A stretch of DNA of 28,139 nt from assembly GCA_030141605.1 (NCBI GenBank), contig JAQGDQ010001715.1, forward strand, positions 1 through 28,139. The letters are read 5' to 3'. The position numbers and the translations under genes were made by a program. Shown here piece by piece: positions 10,539 to 22,600 of the stretch. The DNA comes from Tubiluchus corallicola (Eukaryota > Animalia > Priapulida). How positions within the stretch are numbered: position 1 is the stretch's first letter; each line of letters opens with the position of its first letter. The notes below the pieces were generated by a model. That model searched no databases. It saw only the letters and a program-made list of their open reading frames with translations, and had not been told where the DNA came from.

Positions 10539-13500
10539 TTCTAGATTCAGAATGCATTCATGCATTTCTTAATAATACATACTGACGGTCACCATCTTCA
10601 TCTAAATGGTAATGTAACCGGTGGCGATTGTAAGCTTTAAGATAAAAATTCAAATTTCAATTTTACCGCCGTGCTTACACGTTAACTGTCAAATGTGGGT
10701 AGTTTGTCACAAACTAACACATCTGAACTGAGAGGCACTACAGCACCTGTTTTTTGCGAAATGCTTTCCGAAATTCCGACGCTAGTGCCTATCTAACTAG
10801 CGAATGGCAAAATGCGTGTAACAGTGCAGAACTAGTGGAGCGAACGCGAAATTGCATTTGTGTGGTAATAATCTTTTCACGTAAGTCATTTTTAAAAAAA
10901 ATAGTATGTTTTCTTTCAATGTTTTAAAGAATAAATTATTTTGATCTGCAGTTTAAGATTAGTTCTGGTTTTGATTTAAAATTCCTTTTTATGAGTGTTA
11001 GCCTTTGACGTGCTTTGCTTATGATACATGCTATATGTTGTTTAAAATCTAGATTACTATCAATTTTTATGCCGAAAGCCCCTTCTTCTTCTTCGTTTAC
11101 TTTTTCTCCCTGCAGTGTGAATTAGCTCTTTTGATCATTTCTCACTGTGTCTTTAGTTTTGATGGGACAATGATGATTCTGATCTTGCAAATAGCTAAAC
11201 TGCTCTGGCCGGAGGCTGATGAAAACATTTAATTTAATTATGGTTTCTATTTTTAGATTGCAGCCAAATCTTGATACAAGAAAGAAGCAGCTTGAAGCAT
11301 GGTCGTCTTTAATACTAAAGTATCATAAACAGCATAAGCAGTACATACTCGATGTTGTCGAATCGCAGTCGTCGCCTTTGTTTCATAATGAAAAGATAGA
11401 TAGTATCCTTTTTTGTTGCTAAATGAAGACTTTTTTATTTATAAAAAAGGGCATGATCATACAATATTTGTTTACAAAACTGTACGTAAGTCGGCATAGT
11501 TAAAACTACGTTATGACACTTCAAAGTAGAATGCACCAAAAATTTGGTCAAATGTCGATTATTTGTTTTTCATGAAAACAAATGCTAGACATGTTGGACT
11601 TCCATATTCTAGCATTAAATTATCAAGAAAATGTTCGAAAAGTACTAAAAATTTAATTTTATAATTCCAATTTTCTGTTTAGATACTAGTACTGCAATTG
11701 TAAGAACTTGTATTTTCAAACTCCTGTAGTAGCTCATGGAAGCAGTCATTTTGCTTCAGGTTTTTTCTGTTGCCAAACCCAGATCTTCGTGAGGAAAAAC
11801 CATCTACTGGATTTAAACATATCTTCAAAATGTTCTTGCAAAGTCTGTGCACGTGTTTAGTAGAAACGAGACAAAAAATAGTTTTGTTTTTTATAAAAGA
11901 AACTGCTAAAATATATTGGATTTTTATATTCTAGCATCAAATTATCAAGAACATTTTCAAAAAACTTTAAAAATCAAATTTTATAACCCCGTACCCAGTT
12001 TTCTGTCTAGAAACTGGTACTGCAATTATAAAAAACTTTTCAAATTCCAATAGCAGCTCCTGGAAGCTGTGATTTTGCTTCAGGTTCTTTCTGTTGCCAA
12101 ACCCAGATCTTCGTGAGGAAGAGCCATCTACTGGATTTAAACGTAACTACAATGTGCTCTTGCAAAATCCGTAGCAAAAAATATTTATGCGGTTGCTAAA
12201 TGTTTTGTAGAAACACGACAAAAAACAATGGCTGACTTTAACAGTGATTTTCTCAAGATTATGTTTTTCAGCGTGCAGCCTGCACCTCAACTTCAACGTG
12301 GATTATCTCAGCTTAGAAATAACATAGAGTGATGAACTTGGTATCAAAATGATCCTCATGAAATGCAGATTCAGATATGTGAATAACTAGAAAAGCTTTA
12401 TTGCCAACTTATGAACTATTTTGCTATACAAACACATGTATATACATGCAAATAAGGTGATCTTACGTGTACAGCATAGTAGCTACATAACTTACGTGTA
12501 CAGCATAGTAGCTACATAACTTACGTGTACAGCATAGTAGGTACATAACTTACGTGTACAGCATAGTAGGTACATAACTTACGTGTACAGCATAGTAGCT
12601 ACATAACATAACTTACGTGTACAGCATAGTAGCTACATAACTTACGTGTACAGCATAGTAGGTACATAACTTACGTGTACAGCATAGTAGCTACATAACT
12701 TACGTGTACAGCATAGTAGGTACATAACTTACGTTGGATTTCTTAATGTCTTATAGGAAAACTAGCAATAGATGACATCAGATTTTTAATGAATGAATTA
12801 CAAAAGAAAGGTAGGGGGAGTCTATTTTAACAAATTTCTAAAATAATTAATAATAATAATAATAATACTTATTTTGTATAGCATCTAAATCTATAGACAG
12901 TGCAACTGACAATATTCAAAGACGCTTCACAAAGATGTCTAAAATTATCATGACAGACTTGAAAAAGGTTTACAAGGTTAAACAGTAATCCTCCGCAATT
13001 TCATAAAATTACGATAAGTAAATACATAAAAAACACATCGATTTACAAAATACAAGCATAATAACGACAAACCGAAACTTAAATTACTTCAAAGATTATA
13101 CGCTACCTCAAATAAATATGTTCTAATCTCTGTTTTGAAAGTGTTAGTGTTCGAGAATGTCCTGCTGTGGATAGGCAGGCCGTTCCATAGGGGTGGTCCT
13201 GTATCAGCAATGACCTATCACTCATAGTGGAACAGGTCCTGTAACAGCAAATGAATTATCACCCATAGTGGAACAGGCCCTGTAAAAGCAAATGACTTAT
13301 CACCCATAGTGGAACAGGTCCTGTAACAGCAAATGACCTATCACCCATAGTGGAACAGGTCCTGCAACAGCAAACGACTTATCACCCATAGTGGAACAGG
13401 TCCTGCAACAGCAAATGACCTATCACCCATAGTGGAACAGGTCCTGTAAAAGCAAATGACTTATTACCCATAGTGGAACAGGTCCTGCAATAGCAAATGA

Positions 13501-16500
13501 CGTATCATCCAATGTGGAACAGGTCCTGTAACAGAAATAACCTATCACCCATACTTGGAACAGGTCCTGTAAAAGCAAATGACCTATCACCCATAGTGGA
13601 ACAGGTCCTGTAACAGAAATGACCTATCACCCATAGTGGAACAGGTCCTGTAACAGAAATGACCTATCACCCATAGTGGAACAGGTCCTGTAACAGAAAT
13701 GACCTATCACCCATAGTGGAACAGGTCCTGTAACAGAAATGACCTATCACCCAATGTGGAACAGGTCCTGTAACAGAAATGACCTATCACCCATAGTGGA
13801 ACAGGTCCTGTAACAGAAATGACCTATCACCCATAGTGTAACAGGTCCTGTAACAGAAATGACCTATCACTCATAGTGGAACAGGTCCTGTAACAGCAAA
13901 CGACCTATCACCCATAGTGGAGCAGGTCCTGTAACAGCAAACGACTATCACCCATAGTGTAACAGGTCCTGTAACAGCAAACGACCTATCACCCATAGTG
14001 TAACAGGTCCTGTAACAGCAAACGACCTATCACCCATACTGGAACAGGTCCTGTAACAGCAAACGACCTATCACCCATAGTGTAACAGGTCCTGTAACAG
14101 CAAACGACCTATCACCCATAGTGTAACAGGTCCTGTAAAAGCAAATGACTTATTACCCATACTGGAACAGGTCCTGTAACAGCAAATGACCTATCACCAT
14201 AGTGTAACAGGTCCTGTAACAGCAAACGACCTATCACCCATAGTGTAACAGGTCTTGTAACAGTAAATGACCTATCACCCATAGTGTAACAGGTCTTGTA
14301 ACAGCAAATAAGTTCTGTGACTATAAGTGAACTTCAACACTGTTTTACACAATATTAAAACAATGGTAAACATTTTCTGAAGCAACATCCCCACTAATCT
14401 TACCTACAAGCCGTCATTGCTTCTGTATTTTATTTTACAATCCTACAACGTGATTTTGTGATTCACAGGGAATGTTGAATGGATAGACCAACAGAAATCA
14501 AGATGTTATATTCTGTGGCGAACAATTGATGAATGGGCTAATATTTTATATACTTGGGTAAGCGTAATCCCTTAAATGCATGATTTTTTTAAGATAGTAC
14601 AGTAAACAGCTTAAGAAATAGGTAAATTATTTTTACAGGCAAACAACCAAAAGATGGCAGCACCTCCGTATGATACTACCACTTTCTGCCAAGTCTAAAT
14701 CTAAAAACAACATTAATTGTGGCACAACTGCATAACAAAAATGCATTTTATCAAATTGTTTCCTTAACAATACAATATTTTACTGACATTACCACTGTAA
14801 ATACCATTCACATTGTCTAGCACCATATTCATGAGTGAAATAGAAGTTATGTAGGATATTACATATATGATACGGAAACACTTGCCTTGTGCAAGAGGAA
14901 CTAAAGCAAATACATATTCCACGTAACAATTAACACAAGCTTTATGACATTAGCAATACACTCGTATTTTTATAATCCCGAAAACAACCTATATAAGTAA
15001 CTATCGGTTCCCGAACACGGACTGGTTGACAGAATCTGTAGATAAGGTGTTCATCTGTTCATCAAGTGTAATAAAAATGATTGTAGGCCACCTATGGGCA
15101 AACCTTGGTACTAAAATAGGCAGTAGATAGTAGCAAATCTGTTACAACCAGCTGCAGTTTTATATATATTTAAATTTATAGATATATTTATTTATATTTA
15201 CTGGGAAGAAAAATGTCTTTTGTATCATATCTGTTACACCATGCAGTGAAGAGATAAATAATTTAATAATTTAAATTATTATATGAGATTATATAAGGTT
15301 AGTAAATCAATTATGTGTTCATTACTTCTTTATTGCCGTGTACTTTTCGTTCATTAATTTCATAATGTTGATATAATTCTTGTACATTTCATTGGCGATT
15401 CTTAATTTAAAGTATTACAATAGTAAGTTAACATGTGCTGCCACCTATATTTAAAATTATTTATTATTAAACTGAGTCAAGTTTGATCCAGGTTATGGCT
15501 TAGGTCAGTGTTGCTCAGTCACTTGTACCTGCTGGGCTTCCCATATATGGTAGTGTAGATTGCATCCGATTTTGCATCCGATTTGCGCACATCGCTACTA
15601 CTGCACTACTACACTCAAGAAACTATTTTAGAAGTTATTAAAATTTATATTAAAAACCATATATTTCGTCATGTCTGACAGTGACATTAAGTGATAACGG
15701 TCTTGTAAGGGTTAATGCCATTCGATCTAGAGGAAAAAACTACCCGCACTATCTTTGCAATATTGGCGCAGACTTCAGCTGGATCGCACGGGCTGCACTT
15801 TCATTACGTTGACAAACCTCTTCACGGGCCGCACAAGATCTCTCGGCGGGCCGCAGTTTGCACACCCCTGTGATATACAAAACCTCATTGCCTATGCATG
15901 TTCACAGTTTTGTGCTTTTTTCAGGCTTTGGAAAATGGGAAACAAAACAGCGTTTGCACTTTGTTTGAACTGACAGATGGAGATGAAACAGCAAGTGAAG
16001 GTGAATGTTTTAACAATTGTAATAGGTGCCGTTTATTAGACATGCGGTTAACAGAATCAGTCGCTTAATTGACTCAAAATTGTCTGGTACGGGCCGCTTC
16101 TATCAAATGTATATAAAAACTGTCGGTCATTGATTAAAACAACTCCGCATAATTGATAATATTTTTCCTTCACGTACTAAAAACAATACACTTGTGTGTA
16201 CCCAATGAGCTTTTACTGCTTTTACGTCGTCGCTACATCGACGTTGTGCAGCTATAATACCCATGGATAAGAATGTGTCCACAAGCAGAACAGCTAGGAT
16301 CAGTTTGGTAGTAGAAAGCTCCAAGACTGAGAATTGTGCACACCCATCTGTTCACTGACTATCATCAGTGTTGCAAAACTTTAGTGACCAAGTGCCCATG
16401 GATAAGAATGTGTCCACAAGCAGAACAGCTAGGATCAGTGTGATAGTAGAAAGCTCCAAGACTGAGAATTGTGCACACCCATCTGTTCACTGACTATCAT

Positions 16501-16749
16501 CAGTGTTGCAAAACTTTAGTGACCAAGTGCGTCTCAAGAGCTGATCAATTCCTGTGGCCTAATTATGTAACTGTGATCTAATAGTGATAATAACTGAACT
16601 AACAATACTGGATTTTCTAATAAAATTATTTTTTAGAATTTCATGGCCTTGATGAAAAGATTCTATTGAGAGCATTAAAGCAACTAGAAACGCAACGTAA
16701 AGCTGAGATATTTACCCTGGGAGACGGCAAGGGAGTGAAGTTTTTTTGA
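10320..16749 (+). CDS. VPS25: ESCRT-II subunit VPS25, complete, 6 exons, 176 aa
   Basis: Exons 10320-10372 (MAASFSWPWQYSFPPFFT), 11257-11402 (LQPNLDTRKKQLEAWSSL...), 12757-12810, 14469-14557 (GNVEWID...ILWRTIDEWA), 15925-16000 (NSVCTLFELTDGDET) and 16637-16749 (EFHGLDEKILLRALKQLE...GKGVKFF*). Total 531 nt, phases consistent; N-terminal PPxF motif and GVKFF terminus are typical of VPS25. Confidence 0.96.
11462..12438. mobile_element. MITE-like element, copy 1 (with internal ~330-bp duplication)
   Basis: Degenerate ~35-bp TIRs with core CGTAAGTCGGCA / TGCCAACTTATG. Homologous to 21050-21660; segment ~11560-11880 repeats at ~11885-12225. Confidence 0.7.
12462..12734. repeat. 29-bp minisatellite (~9 copies)
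   Basis: Unit cttacgtgtacagcatagtag(c/g)tacataa, ending 4 nt before the U12 branch-site motif. Confidence 0.95.
12843..14330 (-). mobile_element. L2/CR1-type LINE 3' fragment interrupted by a minisatellite
   Basis: Minus-strand translation around 13100-13220 gives GDRS..TGPPLWNGLPIHSRTFSNTNTFKTEIRTYLF, like the L2 ORF2 C-terminus (GDRAFS..P.LWN.LP...FK..LKT.LF). A 3'UTR and (TTA)n tail follow at ~12849-12866. Confidence 0.75.
13210..14309. repeat. 40/41-bp minisatellite (~27 copies)
   Basis: Unit gacctatcacccatagtggaacaggtcctgtaacag(c)aaat. Confidence 0.95.
15506..15870. mobile_element. hAT-like non-autonomous remnant
   Basis: Right end GCGGGCCGCAGTTTGCACACCCCTG with GGGCCGCA subterminal repeats. 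The left end (CAGTGTTGCTCA) is tentative and no TSD is seen. Confidence 0.5.
16261..16530. repeat. 135-bp direct tandem duplication
   Basis: Copies start at 16261 and 16396 and are nearly identical. Confidence 0.92.
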
Positions 16750-16931
16750 TGATTGTAAATAATATTGCATTGTACATTTATTTATCAACGGCAGATTATA
16801 ACTGCCTGTTTGTGTAAATACAAAATAGATTTGTGTTATATTTTTAATTGTGCTGGATATTATACACGTGTTATATAATTATGTAAATACCTCAATTGTA
16901 ACATTTTGAAAAACATTGATGGTAGTTTTAA

Positions 16932-16937
16932 AATAAA
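16932..16937 (+). terminator. Candidate VPS25 polyadenylation signal
   Basis: AATAAA ~180 nt after the stop codon, followed by T/GT-rich sequence. Confidence 0.45.
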
Positions 16938-19645
16938 TAAGTGTTCATTACAATCGTTGCTTTGCTACTTTTTGGTTTTTCTAAATTAATTCATTGCTCT
17001 TGCTTTTTTCCATTAAACTTGGTTTAGGTATTATGCAAAGTAATGCATACATCTTCGATTTTATTTTAGAAAAAATTATTGCTTTTTTGGGAGTCAAAAT
17101 GAATTTCAATGTCTTCTGAAAAAAATTGCAGTCACAACACGATTTTATCAAAACTTAACTATACTACCCTTGTCTATAGCTACTATGCAACACTTAACTA
17201 TGGTTATTTCTAAGATTTCCTGTAAGCTATATCCTATAAAATCAGAGAATAAAGGACATAAAGATTTTCTAAATAACGAAATTTATTTCGAATTACAGGT
17301 TTGTAGACCTATAATTATATGTGCAGGGAAAGACTAGCCTGTCATTTATTTCTACATTTAGAAATGTAGCTACTATACTTTTCAGTTTGGTTCCATTTTA
17401 GTGGAACCAGATTTATGGGGATTGATATGAATACGACATTTAGCCTAGGCCTTACAGCAAGTCTTTAAAAAACTGTAAGTTTTGACGTGGAAGTTTAGTC
17501 TTGCTGACATGTCTGAAATTATTGGTTATGACTATTAATAGCTATTAAATGCAGTGCTGCAAATGTGGCTCGTTGATATCATCATGTTTCGAACTCTTTT
17601 TAAATAGGGCGGGAGGTAATCCTCCACTTGACTCCATTTGCAGCTGGAACCACTCCATTATTTTTCATTTATTGTAATTAAACTAAAATTTATTGTAAAT
17701 GATATCAATTTCAATTCAGTTTTATTTGCACAAATACATACAATGTACCTTGGCAAAGCAATATAATACATGTTAAATACTACATCAACCGAACAAAAAT
17801 TATTGACGTTGACCTCAATGACAAAACATATATAGTCAGTGGCGTACACAATTGGGTGTCGTGTGCTAAATTTGAGGTGCATCGATCTTACCAGAACTCT
17901 TTAAAGATAAAAATGGGCGCTTCCATGGCTGTGTGTTAGCAATTTCGTACGAAAGCGTTTGATGTTGTACTTGGTTGGACGTAGTTTTTAACCGATTTCC
18001 ATTTTGACGTTTGGCCGCATAATTTGTAAGCATTTATTGAAAGATTATATTACTGTCGTTGATATCAGTTCTAAAACTCGATTTTTATCATGTGATATGC
18101 CAAGGGGTCAAAATGCAAACCATACATCACGTGATTATTATAGTGGCATACGATATTCAAGATTGTTTATTTCACATCGACGTAAATTCAAAATTAATAG
18201 GAAATGGGATATAGGAAATTTACTTAACTTATTGCGATTACTTATTATTTTTTCTTAGTATTACTATTAGTAATTAAAAATTTATTTTGTGCTATTTGCG
18301 AGGTAATTGAAAACAAATCATGTATAAGTTAACTTTGTGTAATTCGGATGGCTATGGGGCAAAGAAACTATCCGAGATGTGTGATAAACCGAGTTTACCA
18401 AAGACGTATATTCATGCATTCATTTCACGGTGGATGCGCTGTGTGCTTGCGTGTAGTTATTTATTGAAAGCCTGTTTCATGGCCAAAGGTTACTTAGTTT
18501 GCTTGCTAAGTAATTGTTTTGGCATTTTTTTTTGAATAACCTGTTTAGAAAATCTCCAGCACTGACGACAGTTATGCACCCACCATATCACAGCCTAGCA
18601 TGAAACTGCCCAGTTATCATAATTAAGCAGTTAGCAGTGAAATTTCATATGCAAGGTTACACACTCAAATGCATAATAACACCATCTGCATTTATTGAGA
18701 AAGATAATCTGTCATAGCTTGCTGAAACTGACAGTGGAAGTTTGGGAAGGAGCAGCAATATTGCAGTCACTCAGAATTTTCCACTTTGCCATTTTATTAT
18801 AAGATTAAAATCAGTGAATTACTGGCGTGAAAGTCCCTCAGGAAGCAAAGCAGTTTACACGTGTCACATGCATAAATAATGCTTTTTGATAAGTTTCCCG
18901 ATTGTTTTACACCCCTACTGACGGGATTGCTTTGAAAGCGCGCATTTGATGTATTGGCAATGTTTTTGCATGTCCAAGATAAACAGAGCAAATACAGCAG
19001 GTTTTGTATAAATTGTTGCCTTAGAAAAATACCAAATTCAGAGATGTATAGTGCATTAGAAATAAAGTCTTGCGATTGTTTTAAGCACTAAGATACACTC
19101 ATATCTTGGTTTGCCAGACGTCACTTTTACGGATTTTGGAAAATTTGGACAAAGTCTGGTCCATTAGAAAGTCATGCATACTATGAACACAGTCTGTTAT
19201 TTTGCTACATCCAAGCAGCATGTAACGACACGTGTAGCTTGTATGTCAGCGTGTTTAAGTGATTTAATCAGCATAAGTGGCTTAGAGTCAATTATGCAGA
19301 GTTATTTCAGTCAATTACCAACAGTTTTAATATACTTTTGCATAGGAGCGGCCCGTACTAGACATTTTTGAGAAGATTAGGCGATTGATTCTGCATTATC
19401 ATAAGTCTAATATACGGCGCCTTCTGTATTAGTTTAGTATTGGAAAATAAGGACAATCAGCAAATTCGGAACGAGTTCTTCCCGCTTTTGTCCGGCAAAC
19501 CGAGATATGAGTGTATATAGAAACAAATGCATTCTACTGAATCTGTCTGAAATGATTTATATTGTGAATTACACAGAACTGAATTAGACAGAGTCTACTG
19601 TATAATATGGATTTTATATTTGCAGGTTTTACAGAAGTTAATAAA

Positions 19646-22600
19646 ATGGTGGATTTTCTTGCTGACAATAATAACTGCGGACAGACTATCCTACGTTTGG
19701 TTTCGCGAGGCAACGCCATTATTGCTGAACTTCTCCGACTATCAGACTTCATACCGCCAGTATTCAAGCAAGAGACGAAGTTCGATCAAATGAAATATGG
19801 CGAGATTTTATCAGATTTTAGCTATTTTAAGGAAACAGAAGTATTTGACCACAGAATAGATAACCGCCCAGTAAGTAGCCGCGTTATTTGGTGTGAAGAT
19901 TTCCGTCATTGGAATGTTGTGGCTCTGTTTAAAGATTTAGTTTTTTTGCAGTCACAATATAGTATAGAAGAGAGCAGTTTCAAGCTTGGTAGAACTGTTT
20001 TCTATACAGTAAGTCCTCACAGTCACAATATTGTACAGGAGAGAACAATTTCAAGCTTGGTAGAACTGTTTTCTATACAGTAAGTCCTCACAGTCACAAT
20101 ATTGCACAGGAGAGAACAATTTCAAGCTTGGTAGAACTGTTACCTGTACAGTAAGTACTCACAGTCACAATATTGCACAGGAAAGAGCAATTTCAAGCTT
20201 GGTAGAACTGTTACCTGTACAGTAAGTACTCACAGTCACAATATTGCACAGGAAAGAGCAATTTCAAGCTTGGTAGAACTGTTACCTGAACAGTAAGTAC
20301 TCACAGTCACAATATTGCACAGGAAAGAGCAATTTCAAGCTTGGTAGAACTGTTACCTGTACAGTAAGTCCTCACAGTCACAATATTGTACAGGAGAGAG
20401 CAGTTTCAAGCTTGGTAGAACTGTTACCTGTACAGTAAGTACTCACAGTCACAATATTGCACAGGAAAGAGCAATTTCAAGCTTGGTAGAACTGTTACCT
20501 GAACAGTAAGTCCTCACAGTCACAATATTGTACAGGAGAGAGCAGTTTCAAGCTTGGTAGAACTGTTACCTGTACAGTAAGTACTCACAGTCACAATATT
20601 ACACAGGAGGGAGCAATTTCAAGCTTGGTAGAACTGTTACCTGTACAGTAAGTCCTCACAGTCACAATATTGTACAGGAGAGAGCAGTTTCAAGCTTGGT
20701 AGAACTGTTACCTGTACAGTAAGTACTCACAGTCACAATATTACACAGGAGGGAGCAATTTCAAGCTTGGTAGAACTGTTACCTGTACAGTAAGTTCTCA
20801 CAGTCACAATATTGTACAGGAGAGAGCAATTTCAAGCTTGGTAGAACTGTTACCTGTACAGTAAGTCCTCACAGTCACAATATTGTACAGGAGGGAGCAA
20901 TTTCAAGCTTGGTAGAACTGTTTGTGTTGTTTTGGGGTTTGTTGGTGTGTTCTGAACAGTAAGTTCTCACAGTCACAATATTGCACAGGAGAGAACAATT
21001 TCAAGCTTGGTAGAACTGTTTTCTATACAGTAAGTCCTCAAACCAAAACCACACATAAGTTGGCATAATTAAACTACGTTATAATCATTCGAAGCAGAAT
21101 GCACCAAAAATTTTGTCAACTGTTAACTTTTTGTTTTTTATAAAAGCAAATGATAAATATGTTGGACTTTTATATTCTAGCTTCAAATTATCAAGAAAAT
21201 GTTTAAAAAAATACTAAAAATCTAATTTTATAACCCCGTACCCACTTTCTGACTAGAAACTAGTAGTGCAATTGTGGCTCATGAGAGCAGTTATTTTGCT
21301 TTGCGTTTTTTCTTTTGCCAAGCCCAGATCTTCGTCATGAAGAGCCATCTATTGGATTTAAAGTTAACTTTGAACATGTTCTTGCAAAGTCCATAGCAAC
21401 CAACATTTGCACAGTTGCTAAGTGTTTCGTAGAGACTCAACAAAAAAAAAACAATGGCAACTTTAACAGGGATTTTCTCAAGATCATGTTTTTCAGTACA
21501 TAGCCTGCACCTCAATTTCAACATGGATTATCTCAGCTTAGAAATAACTTAGAGTGATGAACTTGGTATCAAAATGATCCTCATGAAATAGAGATTCAGG
21601 ATATGTGAATAACTAGAAAAGCTTAATTGACAATTTATGGATGATTTTCCTATACAAGCACACAAAAGTTGTTAATGATAAGTGAACCGATACCTTGATA
21701 TACAAGTGAAAAAATGTCTGTATTATAAAGACAAGATCTGATGGTATGTAATGTTTGTTCATGCTTTTCCTGCACAAGCTAAAATGTGTTTTTGTGTAGG
21801 ATTTGCAAGATCTGATGGTATGTAATGTTTGTTCGTGCTTTTCTTGCACAAGGTAAATGTGTTTTTGTGTAGGATTTGCAAGATCTGATGGTATGTAATG
21901 TTTGTTCCTGCTTTTCTTGCACAAGGTAAATGTGTTCTTGTGTAGGATTTGCAAGATCTGATGGTATGTAATGTTTGTTCGTGCTTTTCTTGCACACGGT
22001 AAAATGTGTTTTTGTGTAGGATTTGCAAGATCTGGACGAGGAATTTCGAGAAAACAACATTGAGATTCTCACACGATTCTACTTAGCATTTGAAAGTGTT
22101 CATAAGTACGTCACCGATCTGAACAGGTAATGTAACCAACTAAATATTCAGGGATGAGAATTTTCTGTGGATACGCGGAATTCCGAGTTTTTGGATGACC
22201 AGTAGTGCCATTTTTGTAAATCGCGTAAATTCGTTGAGAAAATTTTTACGGATCCAGTACATTATTTCACAAGCTGACCGCTAGTTGGCAGGGCCGTCAC
22301 TTTGTTTACATCACGTACATCAGTGTAACCACGTGTATATCTCTATGTATAAAAATATAGAATCAATTGTACGGAGTTATTTGAGTCAATTGCAGACAGT
22401 TTTTATATACTTTTGCATAGGAGCGGCCATTACTTAGACGTTTTTGAGACAATTAGGTATCATGTATCCTTGATAGTTGGGTATTTTAAATTATGCATGA
22501 AACAAGGTAACTGATATTTTAAGTCCACTTAGAGGCTCTCTATGGTCACAAAATTGCAATTTGTTGCTTTGCCCCCTTGAACCCCCATAGGGACTTTGCC

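Larger units (their letters stand above)
11403..12756 (+). other. U12-type (minor spliceosome) GT-AG intron, VPS25 intron 2
   Basis: 5' site GTATCCTTTT (consensus RTATCCTTT). Branch-site-like TTTCTTAAT at 12739-12747 just upstream of AG 12755-12756, with no long polypyrimidine tract. Confidence 0.88.

Noticed and set aside
11170-11219. Possible C/D snoRNA (ATGATGA...CTGA) in VPS25 intron 1
   Set aside because: Only ~50 nt, no terminal stem and no recognisable guide sequence.
12462-14309. 29-bp and 41-bp arrays as possible CRISPR arrays
   Set aside because: Head-to-tail units without unique spacers, no cas genes and a eukaryotic intronic context.
19607-19645. Upstream ATG of the 158-aa ORF as the WASHC5 start
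   Set aside because: It lies upstream of an acceptor (tttgcag, 19625), and strumpellin similarity begins at MVDFL (19646).
20031-20085. 41-nt cassette exon within each 71-bp unit (tacag|GAG...ACA|gtaagt)
   Set aside because: Weak polypyrimidine tract, 30-nt spacers and a frame-shifting length. Only the donor mimicry is reported.
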